64,000 nt of DNA, taken from contig CAMDWG010000010.1 in NCBI GenBank assembly GCA_945878375.1, positions 22,646 through 86,645 of the forward strand, written 5' to 3'. The DNA comes from Roseomonas mucosa (GTDB lineage Bacteria > Pseudomonadota > Alphaproteobacteria > Acetobacterales > Acetobacteraceae). Shown here one piece after another: positions 1-13,051 of this stretch. The notes under the pieces were generated by a model. That model was not told the DNA's origin, ran no database searches, and worked only from the letters and a program-made list of their open reading frames with translations. How positions within the stretch are numbered: the stretch's first letter is position 1; each line of letters starts with the position of its first letter. A program made the translations under genes and the position numbers.

Positions 1-70
1 TCCCCCTCTCCCGGATTTTCTTGCCTTTGGATGTAGCGCGGCGTGGGTCGGGCTGCGAGATCGCGACTGC

Positions 71-105
71 AAAAAGGAAGGGCCGGCGGATCGCTCCGCC
101 GGCCC
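71..105 (-). terminator. Rho-independent terminator of hppA
   Basis: 11-bp stem GGGCCGGCGGA/TCCGCCGGCCC (80-105) followed on the minus strand by TTCCTTTTT, just after the hppA stop. Confidence 0.75.
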
Positions 106-127
106 CACCATGCCGGATCAGGATGGC

Positions 128-2260
<2,133 letters not shown>

Positions 2261-2567
2261 CAAGGTCGCATACCCCCCCAATTTCTTCATTGGCGCGCGG
2301 GGCAGGCTGACGCTCCGGGTGCGGGGGCACGCGTCGTCGGGCCGGCCCGGCCCGCGGGCTCGAACGAAGCTTGCGCGAAGCCCACGCGGCTGGCAACGCC
2401 ACAAATCAGGCGATTGCCAGGGAAAACCCCGCAAAACCAAGGCATCGGGCCGCCAGCCCGCCGGCCCCGCCCCCTTGGCCGCCGGGCGGCTTCATTCCGG
2501 GGCCCCTCGCGGCGGGCGCCGTTTTGTGGTTCATCCCCCGCCGACCGCCACCAGGAGCCCAGGCTGC

Positions 2568-3101
2568 ATGCGCATCGAACACATCGCCATCGGCAAGAAC
2601 CCGCCGGACGACATCAATGTGATCGTCGAGGTCGGGGTGGGTGGCGAGCCCATCAAGTACGAGATGGACAAGGCGTCCGGCACGTTGTTCGTGGACCGCT
2701 TCCTGCACACGCCGATGCGCTATCCGGGCAATTACGGCTTCGTCCCGCACACGCTCTGCGGCGATGGCGATCCGCTCGATGTCCTGGTGGCGAACACCCG
2801 CCCGATCGCGCCGGGCGCGGTCATCAATGTCCGCCCCGTCGGCGTGCTGCTGATGGAAGATGATGGCGGGCAGGACGAGAAGATTATCGCCGTGCCGTCC
2901 CCGAAGCTCACCAAGCGGTATGAGCATGTGACGGACTACACCCACCTGCCGCAGATCACGCTGGACCAGATCCAGCACTTCTTCGCCCATTACAAGGACC
3001 TGGAGCCCGGCAAGTGGGTGAAGATCCTCGGCTGGGGGGATGCGGCGCGGGCGCGGCAATATGTGATCGAGTCGATCGAGCGCGCCAAGGCGGCCGGGTA
3101 A
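2568..3101 (+). CDS. ppa: Soluble family I inorganic pyrophosphatase
   Basis: [27 protein letters not shown] motifs; AGGAG upstream. Confidence 0.95.
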   Translation: MRIEHIAIGKNPPDDINVIVEVGVGGEPIKYEMDKASGTLFVDRFLHTPMRYPGNYGFVPHTLCGDGDPLDVLVANTRPIAPGAVINVRPVGVLLMEDDGGQDEKIIAVPSPKLTKRYEHVTDYTHLPQITLDQIQHFFAHYKDLEPGKWVKILGWGDAARARQYVIESIERAKAAG

Positions 3102-3166
3102 GGGGCCGCCCGACCGGCCCCGGGCTTGCGTCCGGCGGCCGGTTTCGCCAACAGGGAAGGGTCTCC

Positions 3167-3239
3167 GGGCCTGTAGCTCAATGGTCAGAGCGGGCCGCTC
3201 ATAACGGCTTGGTTGGGGGTTCGAGTCCCTCCGGGCCCA
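3167..3239 (+). tRNA. tRNA with CAT anticodon, most likely tRNA-Ile2 (lysidine type); CCA not encoded
   Basis: Cloverleaf: acceptor GGGCCTG/CGGGCCC + A73, D arm AGCTCAATGGTCAGAGC, anticodon loop CTCATAA, T loop TTCGAGT; paired G1-C72 excludes fMet. Confidence 0.9.
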
Positions 3240-3480
3240 TTTCCCTGCCCTTCCCCTGCCAGGGTCAGACACTTGGTTGCTGACTGTGCCGCGCAGCAAG
3301 GCTCTGTTGACCTGATCCGGATGACGGTCGCGCCGCCGTAAGGCATCCAGGATCGGCCGATCTCCGCGCCGCGCCCCCGCGCGCGCGCGCCACGCATACC
3401 CTGTTCCGTCAGCGCCGCAGCCCGCCCCGCGAGGCCGGCTGGCCTGACCGGACGATGTGCCTTCACGGAGCTGTCCGCCC

Positions 3481-4962
3481 ATGTCCCTTGTCAGGCTGCG
3501 CGCCGAATGGTTCGGCAATGTCCGCGCCGATATCCTTGCCGGCACCGTCGTCGCCCTCGCCCTGATCCCCGAGGCGATCGCCTTTTCCATCATCGCCGGC
3601 GTCGATCCGAAGGTGGGGCTCTATGCCTCCCTCTGCATCGCGATCGTCATCGCCTTCGCCGGCGGGCGCCCGGCCATGATCTCGGCCGCCACCGGTGCGA
3701 TGGCGCTGGTCATGGTCACGCTGGTGAAGGAACACGGGCTGCAATACCTGCTGGCGGCAACGCTGCTGTGCGGCGTGCTGCAGATCGGCGCGGGGCTTTT
3801 GAAGCTCGGCGTGCTGATGCGCTTCGTCTCGCGGTCGGTGATGACCGGCTTCGTCAACGCGCTCGCGATCCTGATCTTCATGGCGCAGCTGCCGGAACTG
3901 ATCGGCGTCGCATGGCTCACTTATGTGATGGTCGCCGCAGGGCTGGCGATCATCTATCTGTTGCCGCGCTTCACGAAGGCCATACCCTCCCCGCTGGTCG
4001 CGATCGTGGTGCTGACCGCGGTCGCCATCGGCTTCGGAATCGAGGTGCGGACGGTGGGCGATATGGGCGAGCTGCCGGCCGAATTCCCCGTCTTCCTGCT
4101 GCCCGCGGTCCCGCTGACTTGGGAGACGCTCTCGATCATCCTGCCCTACTCGGCGACGCTCGCGGTGGTCGGGCTGCTGGAATCCCTGATGACGGCGCAG
4201 ATCGTGGACGAGCTGACCGACACCGACAGCGACAAGCATCGCGAGAGCATGGGCCAGGGCGTGGCGAATATCGTCGCCGGCTGTTTCGGGGGCATGGCGG
4301 GCTGCGCGATGATCGGGCAGTCCGTCATCAACGTGAAGTCGGGCGGGCGCGGGCGGCTTTCCACGCTCTGGGCGGGGCTGTTCCTGTTGTTCCTGATCCT
4401 GGTGCTCGCGGACCTGGTGCGGCAGATCCCGATGGCGGCGCTGGTCGCGGTGATGATCATGGTCTCGATCGGTACCTTCTCCTGGCGGTCCATCGCCGAT
4501 CTGCGCGTACATCCGCGGGAATCGAGCGTCGTCATGCTGGTGACGGTGGCGATCACGGTGCTCACGCATGACCTGGCGCAGGGGGTGCTGGCGGGTGTGC
4601 TGCTCTCCGGCATCTTCTTCGCGCGCAAGGTGGCGCGCATCTTCGAGGTGACGTCGGACCTCTCGGCCGATGGCAAGACCCGCAGCTACCGCGTCACCGG
4701 CCAGATCTTCTTCGGTTCGGCCGACGCCTTCTGCGACGCCTTCGACCTACGCGAGGGCGTGGAGCGCGTGGTGATCGATGTCTCGCGCGCCCATATCTGG
4801 GACCTGACGGCGGTGGCGGCGCTGGACCGTGTCGTGCTGAAGTTCCGCCGCGAGGGCGCCGAGGTCGAGATTCGCGGCATGAACGAGTCCAGCGCGAAGC
4901 TGGTGCACCGGCTGGCCAGCTATGGCAGGCAGGACGCCACCGCAAAGACCGCGATGCATTGA
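3481..4962 (+). CDS. SulP family anion transporter with STAS domain
   Basis: [46 protein letters not shown] motifs; C-terminal STAS-like GQIFFGSA. Confidence 0.92.
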   Translation: MSLVRLRAEWFGNVRADILAGTVVALALIPEAIAFSIIAGVDPKVGLYASLCIAIVIAFAGGRPAMISAATGAMALVMVTLVKEHGLQYLLAATLLCGVLQIGAGLLKLGVLMRFVSRSVMTGFVNALAILIFMAQLPELIGVAWLTYVMVAAGLAIIYLLPRFTKAIPSPLVAIVVLTAVAIGFGIEVRTVGDMGELPAEFPVFLLPAVPLTWETLSIILPYSATLAVVGLLESLMTAQIVDELTDTDSDKHRESMGQGVANIVAGCFGGMAGCAMIGQSVINVKSGGRGRLSTLWAGLFLLFLILVLADLVRQIPMAALVAVMIMVSIGTFSWRSIADLRVHPRESSVVMLVTVAITVLTHDLAQGVLAGVLLSGIFFARKVARIFEVTSDLSADGKTRSYRVTGQIFFGSADAFCDAFDLREGVERVVIDVSRAHIWDLTAVAALDRVVLKFRREGAEVEIRGMNESSAKLVHRLASYGRQDATAKTAMH

Positions 4963-4976
4963 GGGAGAACCGCGCG

Positions 4977-5039
4977 ATGGCCCGGATCCTGGCCTGCACC
5001 GACGGCTCGATCTACGCCGAGAGCATCGTCGACACATGA
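4977..5039 (+). pseudogene. Truncated universal stress protein (UspA-like) remnant, 20 codons
   Basis: GAGGGAG RBS then MARILACTDGSIYAESIVDT*, resembling the Usp N-terminal ILxxxDGS motif, right after SulP. Confidence 0.6.
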
Positions 5040-5136
5040 CCGGGGCGGTGGCGGTGGCCTGCCACTTTGCACCGCCCCCGCCGCCGCGATAGAACCCACC
5101 CGCTCCCTCCCCCATCCGCCTCCGGAACCGCAGCCA

Positions 5137-6816
5137 ATGCCCGCCTGGCAGTATGTCTATGTGATGAAGGATCTCACCAAGTCCTATCCGGGCGGCCGTG
5201 AGGTGTTCAAAGGCATCACCCTCTCCTTCCTCCCCGATGTGAAGATTGGCGTGCTCGGCCCGAACGGCGCCGGCAAGTCCACGCTGATGCGGATCATGGC
5301 CGGGCAGGACAAGGAATTCGGCGGCGAGGCCTGGGCGGCGGAAGGCGCGCGCGTCGGGTACCTGTCGCAGGAGCCGCATCTGAACCCGGACAAGACCGTC
5401 GGCGAGAATGTCATGGAAGCGTTTACCGAGCTGTCGGCCCAGCTCGCGCGCTTCAACGCGATCTCGGAAGAATTCGCCGAGCCGATGGACGACGAGAAGA
5501 TGAACGCGCTGCTCGCCGAACAGGCCGCGCTGCAGGAAAAGATCGACGCCGCCGAGGGCTGGGAGATCGACCGCCGCATCGAGATCGCGCTCGATGCCCT
5601 GCGCTGCCCGCCCTTCGACAGCCCGGTGACGCACCTGTCGGGCGGTGAGCGCCGGCGCGTGGCGCTTTGCAAGCTGCTGCTGGAAAAGCCCGACCTGCTG
5701 CTGCTGGACGAGCCGACGAACCACCTCGACGCCGAAAGCGTCGCCTGGCTGGAGCAGACGCTGAAGGATTATCGCGGCGCCGTGCTGATCGTGACGCATG
5801 ACCGCTACTTCCTTGACAACGTGACCAACTGGATCCTCGAGGTCGATCGCGGCCGCGGCTTCCCCTACCAGGGCAACTACTCGGCGTATCTCGACCAGAA
5901 GCGCAAGCGCCTGCAGCAGGAGGAGCGGGAGGAAAGCACCCGTCAGCGCCAGCTTGCGCGCGAACAGGAATGGATGGGCCGCAGCCCCGCCGCGCGGATG
6001 GCGAAGTCCAAGGCCCGTATCGCAGCCTATGAGGAGATGCTGGCGAAAAGCCAGGAGAAGGGCCCGGGCGAGGCCGAGATCATCATCCCGCCCGCACCCC
6101 GCCTCGGCAACATCGTCATCCAGGCGGACAAGCTGCGGAAGGGCTACGGCAACCGCCTGCTGATCGACGACCTCAGCTTCAAGCTGCCGCCGGGCGGCAT
6201 CGTCGGCATCATCGGGCCGAACGGGGCGGGCAAGTCCACGCTGTTCAAGATGATCACCGATGTCGAACAGCCCGATGGCGGCACGCTCGTCGTCGGCGAT
6301 ACGGTCAAGCTCGGCTATGTGGACCAGAGCCGCGACAGCCTGGACGACAACCGGACCGTCTGGCAGGAAATCTCCGACGGGATGGACCAGATCACCATCG
6401 GCAAGCGCACCATTCCGTCGCGCGCCTACGTCGCCGCCTTCAATTTTCGGGGCGCGGACCAGCAGAAGCGGGTGGGGGTTCTGAGCGGCGGCGAAAGGAA
6501 CCGCGTGCATCTGGCAAAAATGCTGAAGCGCGAGCACAACGTGCTGCTGCTCGACGAGCCGACGAACGACCTCGACATCGACACGCTGCGCGCGCTGGAA
6601 GACGCGCTGGAGGAATTCGCGGGCTGCGCCGTGGTGATCAGCCACGACCGCTGGTTCCTCGATCGCCTGGCGACGCATATCCTGGCCTTCGAGGGCGACA
6701 GCCATGTCGAATGGTTCGAGGGCAATTTCGAGGCCTATGAGGCCGACAAGCGCCGGCGCCTGGGTGCCGCGGCGGACCAGCCGCACCGCATCAAGTACCG
6801 GCCTCTCGCCCGCTAG
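5137..6816 (+). CDS. ettA: ABC-F translational throttle EttA
   Basis: Two ABC cassettes (GPNGAGKST x2, LSGGE, LLLDEPTN), no membrane segments, typical EttA termini. Confidence 0.95.
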   Translation: MPAWQYVYVMKDLTKSYPGGREVFKGITLSFLPDVKIGVLGPNGAGKSTLMRIMAGQDKEFGGEAWAAEGARVGYLSQEPHLNPDKTVGENVMEAFTELSAQLARFNAISEEFAEPMDDEKMNALLAEQAALQEKIDAAEGWEIDRRIEIALDALRCPPFDSPVTHLSGGERRRVALCKLLLEKPDLLLLDEPTNHLDAESVAWLEQTLKDYRGAVLIVTHDRYFLDNVTNWILEVDRGRGFPYQGNYSAYLDQKRKRLQQEEREESTRQRQLAREQEWMGRSPAARMAKSKARIAAYEEMLAKSQEKGPGEAEIIIPPAPRLGNIVIQADKLRKGYGNRLLIDDLSFKLPPGGIVGIIGPNGAGKSTLFKMITDVEQPDGGTLVVGDTVKLGYVDQSRDSLDDNRTVWQEISDGMDQITIGKRTIPSRAYVAAFNFRGADQQKRVGVLSGGERNRVHLAKMLKREHNVLLLDEPTNDLDIDTLRALEDALEEFAGCAVVISHDRWFLDRLATHILAFEGDSHVEWFEGNFEAYEADKRRRLGAAADQPHRIKYRPLAR

Positions 6817-7060
6817 TGGTGCGATCCATGGAGCCGGTTCCCTGCCCGGCGGCTGCGGACCGCACCACCAGCGCTTTGGCTGGTTGGCCGATCCACGCCG
6901 CTGTCGAGAACCGACAGCGGCGATCGGGCCACTAGGCTGCCATGCAGGGGGCTTGGGTCTCGGCGCGTGGTTTGTGCTCGGCGGCCTCCTTCCTGCGCGT
7001 CCGCGCGCGCGGCATCGCGTGCGACGACAAGGCCCGCCCCGCCATCCGGCTTGAGCCCGC

Positions 7061-7579
7061 ATGACCTCCGCCCTGCACAGCGCCCCGCGCACGCTGACGA
7101 CCGCGCGGCTGTCGCTGCTGCCGCCGGGCCGGGAGCACCTGCCCGACCTGATCCGCCTGAAGGCCGATCAGCGCGTCTTCGGCTTCATGCTGCACGGCAC
7201 CCGCAGCCCCGAGCGCACGAAGGAAGAACTCGAGGACGACATGGAGTTCTGGCTGGTGCGCGGCTACGGCACCTGGAGCGTCTTCGAACGCGCGACGGGC
7301 GAATTCCTCGGCATCTGCGGGCTGATGGAACGCCCCGACGGGCGCGGCGTCGCGCTTCGCTATGCGCTATGGCCGGAATGCCGGGGCAAGGGCTACGCGC
7401 GCGAGGCAGCGCGCGCCACGGTGGACTTCGGCCACCAGGCGGGGCTCAAGCGCATCATCGCGGTGGCGCGCGCCGATAACGGGTCCTCGATCAGCGTGAT
7501 GCACGACATCGGCATGCGCATCTGCGGCGACTTTCGCCATCAGAACCACGAGATGCTGATCTTCGAAAGCCTAAGGTAG
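7061..7579 (+). CDS. GNAT (RimJ/RimL-like) N-acetyltransferase
   Basis: LTTARLSLLP, RGKGYAREAA, NGSSISV motifs. Confidence 0.8.
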   Translation: MTSALHSAPRTLTTARLSLLPPGREHLPDLIRLKADQRVFGFMLHGTRSPERTKEELEDDMEFWLVRGYGTWSVFERATGEFLGICGLMERPDGRGVALRYALWPECRGKGYAREAARATVDFGHQAGLKRIIAVARADNGSSISVMHDIGMRICGDFRHQNHEMLIFESLR

Positions 7580-7640
7580 GCGCGCCGTCCCGGCGCCGAC
7601 GAGTGGAGGACGAGGGTGGGAACCCGTCCTCCGCCGGGCA

Positions 7641-8282
7641 TCAGCCCGCCTCGCGCGCCGCAAGCGTCTGGATCTGCTGGCGCATCGCGGCCAGCAGCGC
7701 GGCCACGTTGCCGCCATTGCGCGAGATGACCGAGGAATACTCGCTGCGCGTGGTCAGCCGCAGGCTCGTCCCTTCCGCGATCACATCCACCACCTTCGGC
7801 TGGCCGCCGACCTCGGCCACCCGCCAATCGAGGCCGAAGGCCGGGTTGCCGGGGCGCTCGACGATGGTGCTGACCAGCGCATCCTCCTCCGTCCGCGCCT
7901 GGGTGCGACCGAGGGAGAAGCGCACACCCTGGTATTCGCCGAAGCGGGCCGAGAGGTTGCGGATCAGCACCTGTTCGAACAGTTGCAGGTATTCCTGCTG
8001 CTGCTCGGCGGTGGCGGTGCGCCACCAGCGGCCGAGGATGAAGCGCCCGACGCCGTCCACATCCACCGCGCGGCGCAAGACCTGCGCCACGCGTTCCCGC
8101 CGCTGGGCGACCGGCGCGTTGGTGGCGTTGATGGCTGTGACGAGTTCCTGGCCGGTGGCCTGGATGAAGGCGGTGGCCCGGGCGATGTCGGTCTGCTGCG
8201 CGCGCGCGGGTGCCGCGACCAGGCCGGTGGCGGCAAAGCCGCCCAGGAACAGCCGGCGGGGGAAGATCGAGGCGGAGGTCAT
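7641..8282 (-). CDS. mlaC: MlaC/Ttg2D phospholipid-binding periplasmic protein
   Basis: Tat-like RRLFL signal; RFILGRWWR and KVVDVIAEGTSL motifs; downstream of mlaA. Confidence 0.85.
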   Translation of the reverse strand: MTSASIFPRRLFLGGFAATGLVAAPARAQQTDIARATAFIQATGQELVTAINATNAPVAQRRERVAQVLRRAVDVDGVGRFILGRWWRTATAEQQQEYLQLFEQVLIRNLSARFGEYQGVRFSLGRTQARTEEDALVSTIVERPGNPAFGLDWRVAEVGGQPKVVDVIAEGTSLRLTTRSEYSSVISRNGGNVAALLAAMRQQIQTLAAREAG

Positions 8283-8308
8283 GCGGGTCCCTATCCCCTG
8301 GGCGGCGG

Positions 8309-9136
8309 TCAGAGGCCGGGGCCTTGCGCGCCGGCCCCGACGCCAAAGCCCGTTCCGCGAGCGGCCGGATCACCGGCGCTCGCGGGGTTTCGTATCTCTG
8401 CCGCGCGCCGCTGGCGATAGGCGCTCCGCAAGCTGGCATAGGGGTCGATGGAGCCGGCCCGCAGCGCGTCCAGCGGCTCGATCAGCCGTTCGCGCGTGTC
8501 CAGCACCTGCACGCCGATGCGGGTGACGGTGATCGGATCGAAGATCTCGCCGCCGGTGATGGCGCTGATCGGATTGGTGACCGCGTCCACCCCGGTGCCC
8601 AGCAGGTCGCGCGGATTGGATGGGCCGAGGCCGGGGATGAAGATGTAGGGCCCTTCCGGAACGCCCCACACCGCCAGCGTCTGGCCGAAATCCTCGCCAT
8701 GGGCCGGCAAGCCGAAATCGGTCGCGACATCCAGGATGCCGCCGACGCCGAGGGTGGTATTCAGCACGAACCGCCCGAGCGTGTTGCCCGCCCGTTGCGT
8801 TTCCCCCTGCAGCACGTCGTTCAGCAGGATCACCGGACTGCGGAGATTGCCGAGCATGTTCTGCACCGCCGTCCGGATCGGAGGGGGAATAAAGATGCGA
8901 TAGGCTTCCGCGGCCGGGCGCAACACCAGCGTATCCAGCCCGTCATTGACAACGAACATGGCCCGGTTCCAGGGCTCGATCGGATCGTTGGTGGCCTCGA
9001 ATTCCGCCACCTCCTCCGGGTCCGAGGGGTCGGGGCGGGTGGCGCAGCCGGCGATGAGCAGGCCGAGCGCGACCAGGGCCGCCAAGCCAGCCGGCCGGGC
9101 ACGGCGATGCGCGCGTGCCAGTGCTTGGCCACGCAT
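8309..9136 (-). CDS. mlaA: MlaA/VacJ lipoprotein
   Basis: Lipobox LIAGC; NDPIEPWNR, EDFGQTLAVWGV, GPSNPRD, DPYASLR motifs. Confidence 0.9.
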   Translation of the reverse strand: MRGQALARAHRRARPAGLAALVALGLLIAGCATRPDPSDPEEVAEFEATNDPIEPWNRAMFVVNDGLDTLVLRPAAEAYRIFIPPPIRTAVQNMLGNLRSPVILLNDVLQGETQRAGNTLGRFVLNTTLGVGGILDVATDFGLPAHGEDFGQTLAVWGVPEGPYIFIPGLGPSNPRDLLGTGVDAVTNPISAITGGEIFDPITVTRIGVQVLDTRERLIEPLDALRAGSIDPYASLRSAYRQRRAAEIRNPASAGDPAARGTGFGVGAGAQGPGL

Positions 9137-9409
9137 AAGCTGCCCGCTCGTCACGTCCCCGTTCGTCACCTGTCCAACCTTCGCTTGTCCGGCCACAAGT
9201 GGGGCCTCTTGGCACCGCTTTCCGGCTGTCGTCCAGTCCTGTCCGGGGCAGACGCGCGCGGGCGAAGCGCCTCGTTGCACCGGCCAGGGTCTTCCGAGGC
9301 CGCCATAGCGCCCTTATATCCGCGGCGATCAAAAACCGGAACGCCATTGGTTGTTGCAGGTGGCCGCGTCCTGCAGTTCTTCGGCGGCGCCGACCAGGAG
9401 AAACCCGAC

Positions 9410-10348
9410 ATGAATATGGCCCTGAGCGGGACGCTGCAGCGCTGGCTGACCGGACCGCGCGTTACCGGCCTGCCGCAGCCGATGGAGTTGCCGGCGCCGA
9501 AGCTGTCCTTCGAGTTCTTTCCCCCGAAGAACGAGGCGCTGGAACAGCAGCTTTGGGCCGCGATCCGCCGGCTGGAGCCGCTGGCACCCCGCTTCGTCTC
9601 CGTCACCTACGGGGCCGGCGGCACGACCCGGACCCGCACGCATGAGACGGTCTCCCGCCTGGCCAAGGAAACCTCGCTCACGCCGGCCGCACACCTGACC
9701 TGCGTCGGCGCGACGCGGGACGAGGTGGATGAGGTCGCGCGCGGCTATCTGGACGCCGGCGTGCGCCACATCGTGGCGCTGCGTGGCGACCCGCCGGCGG
9801 GTGCGAGCGAATACACCCCCCATCCCGGCGGCTATGCCCAGGCCGAGGATCTGGTGCGCGGCCTCCGGAAGATCGCCGATTTCGACATCAGCGTCGGCGC
9901 CTATCCGGAGACGCATCCGGCGGCGACCTCGGCGGCGCTCGACCTCGATTTCCTGAAGCGGAAGATCGATGCGGGGGCCACCCGCGCGATCACCCAGTAC
10001 TTCTTCGACACCGACATCTACCTGCGCTTCCTGGATCGCTGCGCGGCGGCGGGGATCACGGTGCCGATCGTGCCGGGCATCCTGCCGGTGTCCAACTTCA
10101 AGCAGGTGCAGAAATTCAGCGCCATGTGCGGCGCCTCGGTCCCGGCCTGGATGGCGCGGCTGTTCGACGGGCTCGAGGAAGATGCGGAGACGCGCCGCCT
10201 TGTGGCGGCCGTGGTCGCGGCCGAGCAGGTGCGGCTGCTGCAGGCCAATGGCGTGGACGAGTTCCACTTCTACACGCTGAACCGCGCCGACCTGACCTAT
10301 GCGATCGCGCATCTGCTCGGTGTCCGGCCGGGGCAGACGGAGGGCTGA
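9410..10348 (+). CDS. metF: 5,10-methylenetetrahydrofolate reductase
   Basis: SFEFFPPK, SVTYGAGG, AHLTCV, ALRGDPP, ITQYFFD, FHFYTLN motifs. Confidence 0.95.
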   Translation: MNMALSGTLQRWLTGPRVTGLPQPMELPAPKLSFEFFPPKNEALEQQLWAAIRRLEPLAPRFVSVTYGAGGTTRTRTHETVSRLAKETSLTPAAHLTCVGATRDEVDEVARGYLDAGVRHIVALRGDPPAGASEYTPHPGGYAQAEDLVRGLRKIADFDISVGAYPETHPAATSAALDLDFLKRKIDAGATRAITQYFFDTDIYLRFLDRCAAAGITVPIVPGILPVSNFKQVQKFSAMCGASVPAWMARLFDGLEEDAETRRLVAAVVAAEQVRLLQANGVDEFHFYTLNRADLTYAIAHLLGVRPGQTEG

Positions 10349-10362
10349 CGGCAGGATTGGTC

Positions 10363-10478
10363 GGGCCCCCTCCCCAACCCTCCCCCGCAAAGCGGGAGAG
10401 GGAGCAGGTTGCGTCAGCTAGCCCTCTCCCGCGTAGCGGGGGAGGGTGGCTGCGCGCAGCGCAGCTGGGAGGGGGCCC
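10363..10478. repeat. REP/RIME-like palindromic element, copy 1
   Basis: Terminal inverted repeat GGGCCCCCTCCC...GGGAGGGGGCCC; internal hairpins CCCTCCCCCGC/GCGGGAGAGGG; near-identical copy at 33379-33488. Confidence 0.85.
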
Positions 10479-10526
10479 GACCGACCTGACCGGGATGAGA
10501 GCGCGTCATCGCCCCCATCCCACCCG

Positions 10527-10955
10527 TCACCGCATCAGGTTGAACTTGTCGATCAGGAACAGCGTGCCGAACAGCGTGCCCGCGAAGATCAGCAGGTGGT
10601 TGCGGATCGCGTCCTTCCGCCGCACCAGCTCCGGCGGCGGATCCGGCACGGAAGATGCGCCGAGCGCCGCGAGCCCACGCAACTCGGCCGCCGGGGCGGG
10701 CGCGACGGCGGCAACGGCCGCGCTGACCTTGGCGTCGGTCTCGGCCGGGGTCATGCAGGCGCCGAGATAGCCGAAGCGCTGCGCGGCTTCCGCCGGGGCA
10801 AGGCTGGTGCCGTCCCACAACACCCAGTTCCGCAGATGCGGGTTCCAGCCAAGCGGCAGCGGATGCTGGCCGCCATCCTCCTTGCGCGCCACCCAATGCC
10901 AAGGGCGGTTGGTATCGGCGGGCTCGCCGGGGCGCTCGGCATGGGGCCAGGACAT
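10527..10955 (-). CDS. Hypothetical protein with C-terminal hydrophobic anchor
   Basis: 142-aa ORF filling the metF-tyrA gap; Trp-rich N-terminus, hydrophobic LLIFAGTLFGTLFLI tail. Confidence 0.55.
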   Translation of the reverse strand: MSWPHAERPGEPADTNRPWHWVARKEDGGQHPLPLGWNPHLRNWVLWDGTSLAPAEAAQRFGYLGACMTPAETDAKVSAAVAAVAPAPAAELRGLAALGASSVPDPPPELVRRKDAIRNHLLIFAGTLFGTLFLIDKFNLMR

Positions 10956-11042
10956 CGGGCGGTTCTCTGTCGGTGGTGTCGGGGCGGAGCCTAGATCAGG
11001 CTCCGGTCGGGTGGAACCGCAAAGCCGGTCGGCCCGGTCGCG

Positions 11043-11960
11043 CTACGCCTGGTGTCGGTCGATCAGGTTCTGGCGGATCTTCCGGCCACGCCTGATCCGG
11101 TCCTCGATATACTCCGCCTGCCCCCAGCGCACCGCGCGGCCCAACGCCTGTGCGTCCTCGGTGAAGCGCGCCAGCATCTCCAGCAGCGCCTCGCGGTTGT
11201 TCAGGAACACGTCGCGCCACATGGTCGGATCGCTGGCGGCGATGCGGGTGAAGTCGCGGAAGCCGCCGGCGGCGAATTTCAGCACGGCTTCCTTCGTCTC
11301 CTCCGCCAGATCATCCGCCGTCGAGCAGATGGTGAAGGCGATCAGATGCGGCAGGTGGGATACGATGGCGACGATCTTGTCATGCGTCGCCGGGTCCAGC
11401 GCTTCCACCATGCTGCCGCAGCGGCGCCAGAACTCCTTCACCGCCTCCACTGCGGCGGGGTCGGAGCCCGGCAGGGGGGTCAGCATGCAGTACCGCCCCT
11501 CGAACAGCGTGGCGAAGCCCGCATCGGGGCCGGAATACTCGGTGCCCGCCATCGGATGCGCCGGCACCAGATGCACGCCAGGGGGCACCAGCGGGCCCAG
11601 GTCGCGCACCACGCTGCTCTTGGTGGAACCGACATCGGTGATGATGGCGCCCGGCTTCAGATGCGGGGCGACCGTTTTCATCAACTCGGCATAGGCGCCG
11701 ACGGGGACACAGAAGACGACGCAATCCGCGCCCTGCACCGCCTTGGCCGGATCCGCTTCCACCACATCGGCGATGCCGAGTTCGCGGACGCGGTCCAGCG
11801 TCCGCGGCGTCTTCGCATGCGCGACGATGGTGCGCGCGATGTCGCCGCGTTCCCGCGCCACCCGCGCGATGGACGACCCGATCAGCCCGACGCCGAGCAG
11901 GCAGAGCCGGTCGAACAGCGGGGCCGCGCCGGGGGCCTGGGGCGTCCCGCTATCCGGCAC
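11043..11960 (-). CDS. tyrA: Prephenate/arogenate (cyclohexadienyl) dehydrogenase
   Basis: [24 protein letters not shown]...[19 protein letters not shown] motifs. Confidence 0.93.
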   Translation of the reverse strand: MPDSGTPQAPGAAPLFDRLCLLGVGLIGSSIARVARERGDIARTIVAHAKTPRTLDRVRELGIADVVEADPAKAVQGADCVVFCVPVGAYAELMKTVAPHLKPGAIITDVGSTKSSVVRDLGPLVPPGVHLVPAHPMAGTEYSGPDAGFATLFEGRYCMLTPLPGSDPAAVEAVKEFWRRCGSMVEALDPATHDKIVAIVSHLPHLIAFTICSTADDLAEETKEAVLKFAAGGFRDFTRIAASDPTMWRDVFLNNREALLEMLARFTEDAQALGRAVRWGQAEYIEDRIRRGRKIRQNLIDRHQA

Positions 11961-13044
11961 GGGCGAAGGCCACCAGCGCCTCGGTCACCAGGGTGCATTC
12001 CTCCGCCGTGCCGATGGTCACGCGCAACATCTGGCCGAGGCCGTAGCCCCCCATCGCGCGCACGATCAGCCCGCGCGCGCGCAGATGCGCGTCGGCGGCC
12101 TTGGCGCGGTCCGCGCCGCCGAAATCGACCAGCAGGAAATTGCCCTCACTCGGCCAGGTCTTCAGCCCCGCCGCCGCCAGCGCATCCGCCACCTTGCCGC
12201 GCCATTCGGTGTTGTGCGCGACCGAGGCCTCGACCCAGCCCGGCTCGGCCACGGCGGCGATGCCGGCGGCCATCGCGGCGGCGTTGACGTTGAAGGGGCC
12301 GCGCACGCGCCCCAGCACATCGACGATGGAAGGCGGCGCATAGGCCCAGCCCAGCCGCATGCCGCCCAGCCCGAAGATCTTGGAGAAGGTGCGGCACATC
12401 ACCGTGTTCGGCGTCGCATCCACCAGCTTCTGGCCGGCGTCGTAATCGGGCCGCGTGACGTATTCGGCATAGGCCGCATCCAGCACCAGCAGCACGTCGT
12501 CCCGCAGCTCCCGGCGCAGCCGCTCCACCTCCGCTTGCGGCAGGATGCTGCCGGTCGGGTTGTTCGGGTTGGCCAGGAACATCATCCTCGTCCGCGGTCC
12601 GACCGCGGCGAGCAACCCGTCCACATCGGCGGTCAGGTTCTTCTCCGGCACCTTGATGACCCGGCAGCCGGCCCAGCGGCCGGTCAGGTCGTACATCATG
12701 AAGCCATGCGCCGACATGATCAGCTCGGTGCCCTCCCCGCCATAGGCGAGGATCAGCATGGACAGCAATTCGTCCGAGCCATTGCCGCAGACGATGCGCG
12801 CGGGATCCAGCCCGAAGCGCGCCCCGATCGCCTCCCGCAGCGCGGTCGCGCCGCCATCGGGGTAGCGATGGGCGCCGGCGGCGCTGCGGGCAATCGCCTC
12901 GATGGCGGCGGGCGGCGGGCCAAAGGCGCCCTCGTTGGAGGACAGCTTGATGATCCGGTTCACCCCCGGAACCTTCGATTCCCCGCCGACATAGGGCTCG
13001 ACCGAGAGGATGGACGGACGCGGCATCACGGACATGGCGGGCAT
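11950..13044 (-). CDS. hisC: Histidinol-phosphate aminotransferase
   Basis: [45 protein letters not shown] motifs; start 13044 or 13035. Confidence 0.93.
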   Translation of the reverse strand: MPAMSVMPRPSILSVEPYVGGESKVPGVNRIIKLSSNEGAFGPPPAAIEAIARSAAGAHRYPDGGATALREAIGARFGLDPARIVCGNGSDELLSMLILAYGGEGTELIMSAHGFMMYDLTGRWAGCRVIKVPEKNLTADVDGLLAAVGPRTRMMFLANPNNPTGSILPQAEVERLRRELRDDVLLVLDAAYAEYVTRPDYDAGQKLVDATPNTVMCRTFSKIFGLGGMRLGWAYAPPSIVDVLGRVRGPFNVNAAAMAAGIAAVAEPGWVEASVAHNTEWRGKVADALAAAGLKTWPSEGNFLLVDFGGADRAKAADAHLRARGLIVRAMGGYGLGQMLRVTIGTAEECTLVTEALVAFARAG

Positions 13045-13051
13045 CCCGGGT

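Noticed and set aside
6896-6922. 11-bp hairpin after ettA sharing CCGACAGCGGC with ~50890
   Set aside because: No U tract, and an 11-mer match in GC-rich DNA is plausibly chance
9321-9376. SAM-II-like pattern upstream of metF (CGCGGC/GCCGCG, TTGCAGG/CCTGCAG)
   Set aside because: The conserved GAUUU and GCUAAA elements are missing, the linker is 1 nt, and a likely -10 (TTATAT, 9314-9319) would start transcription inside the first stem
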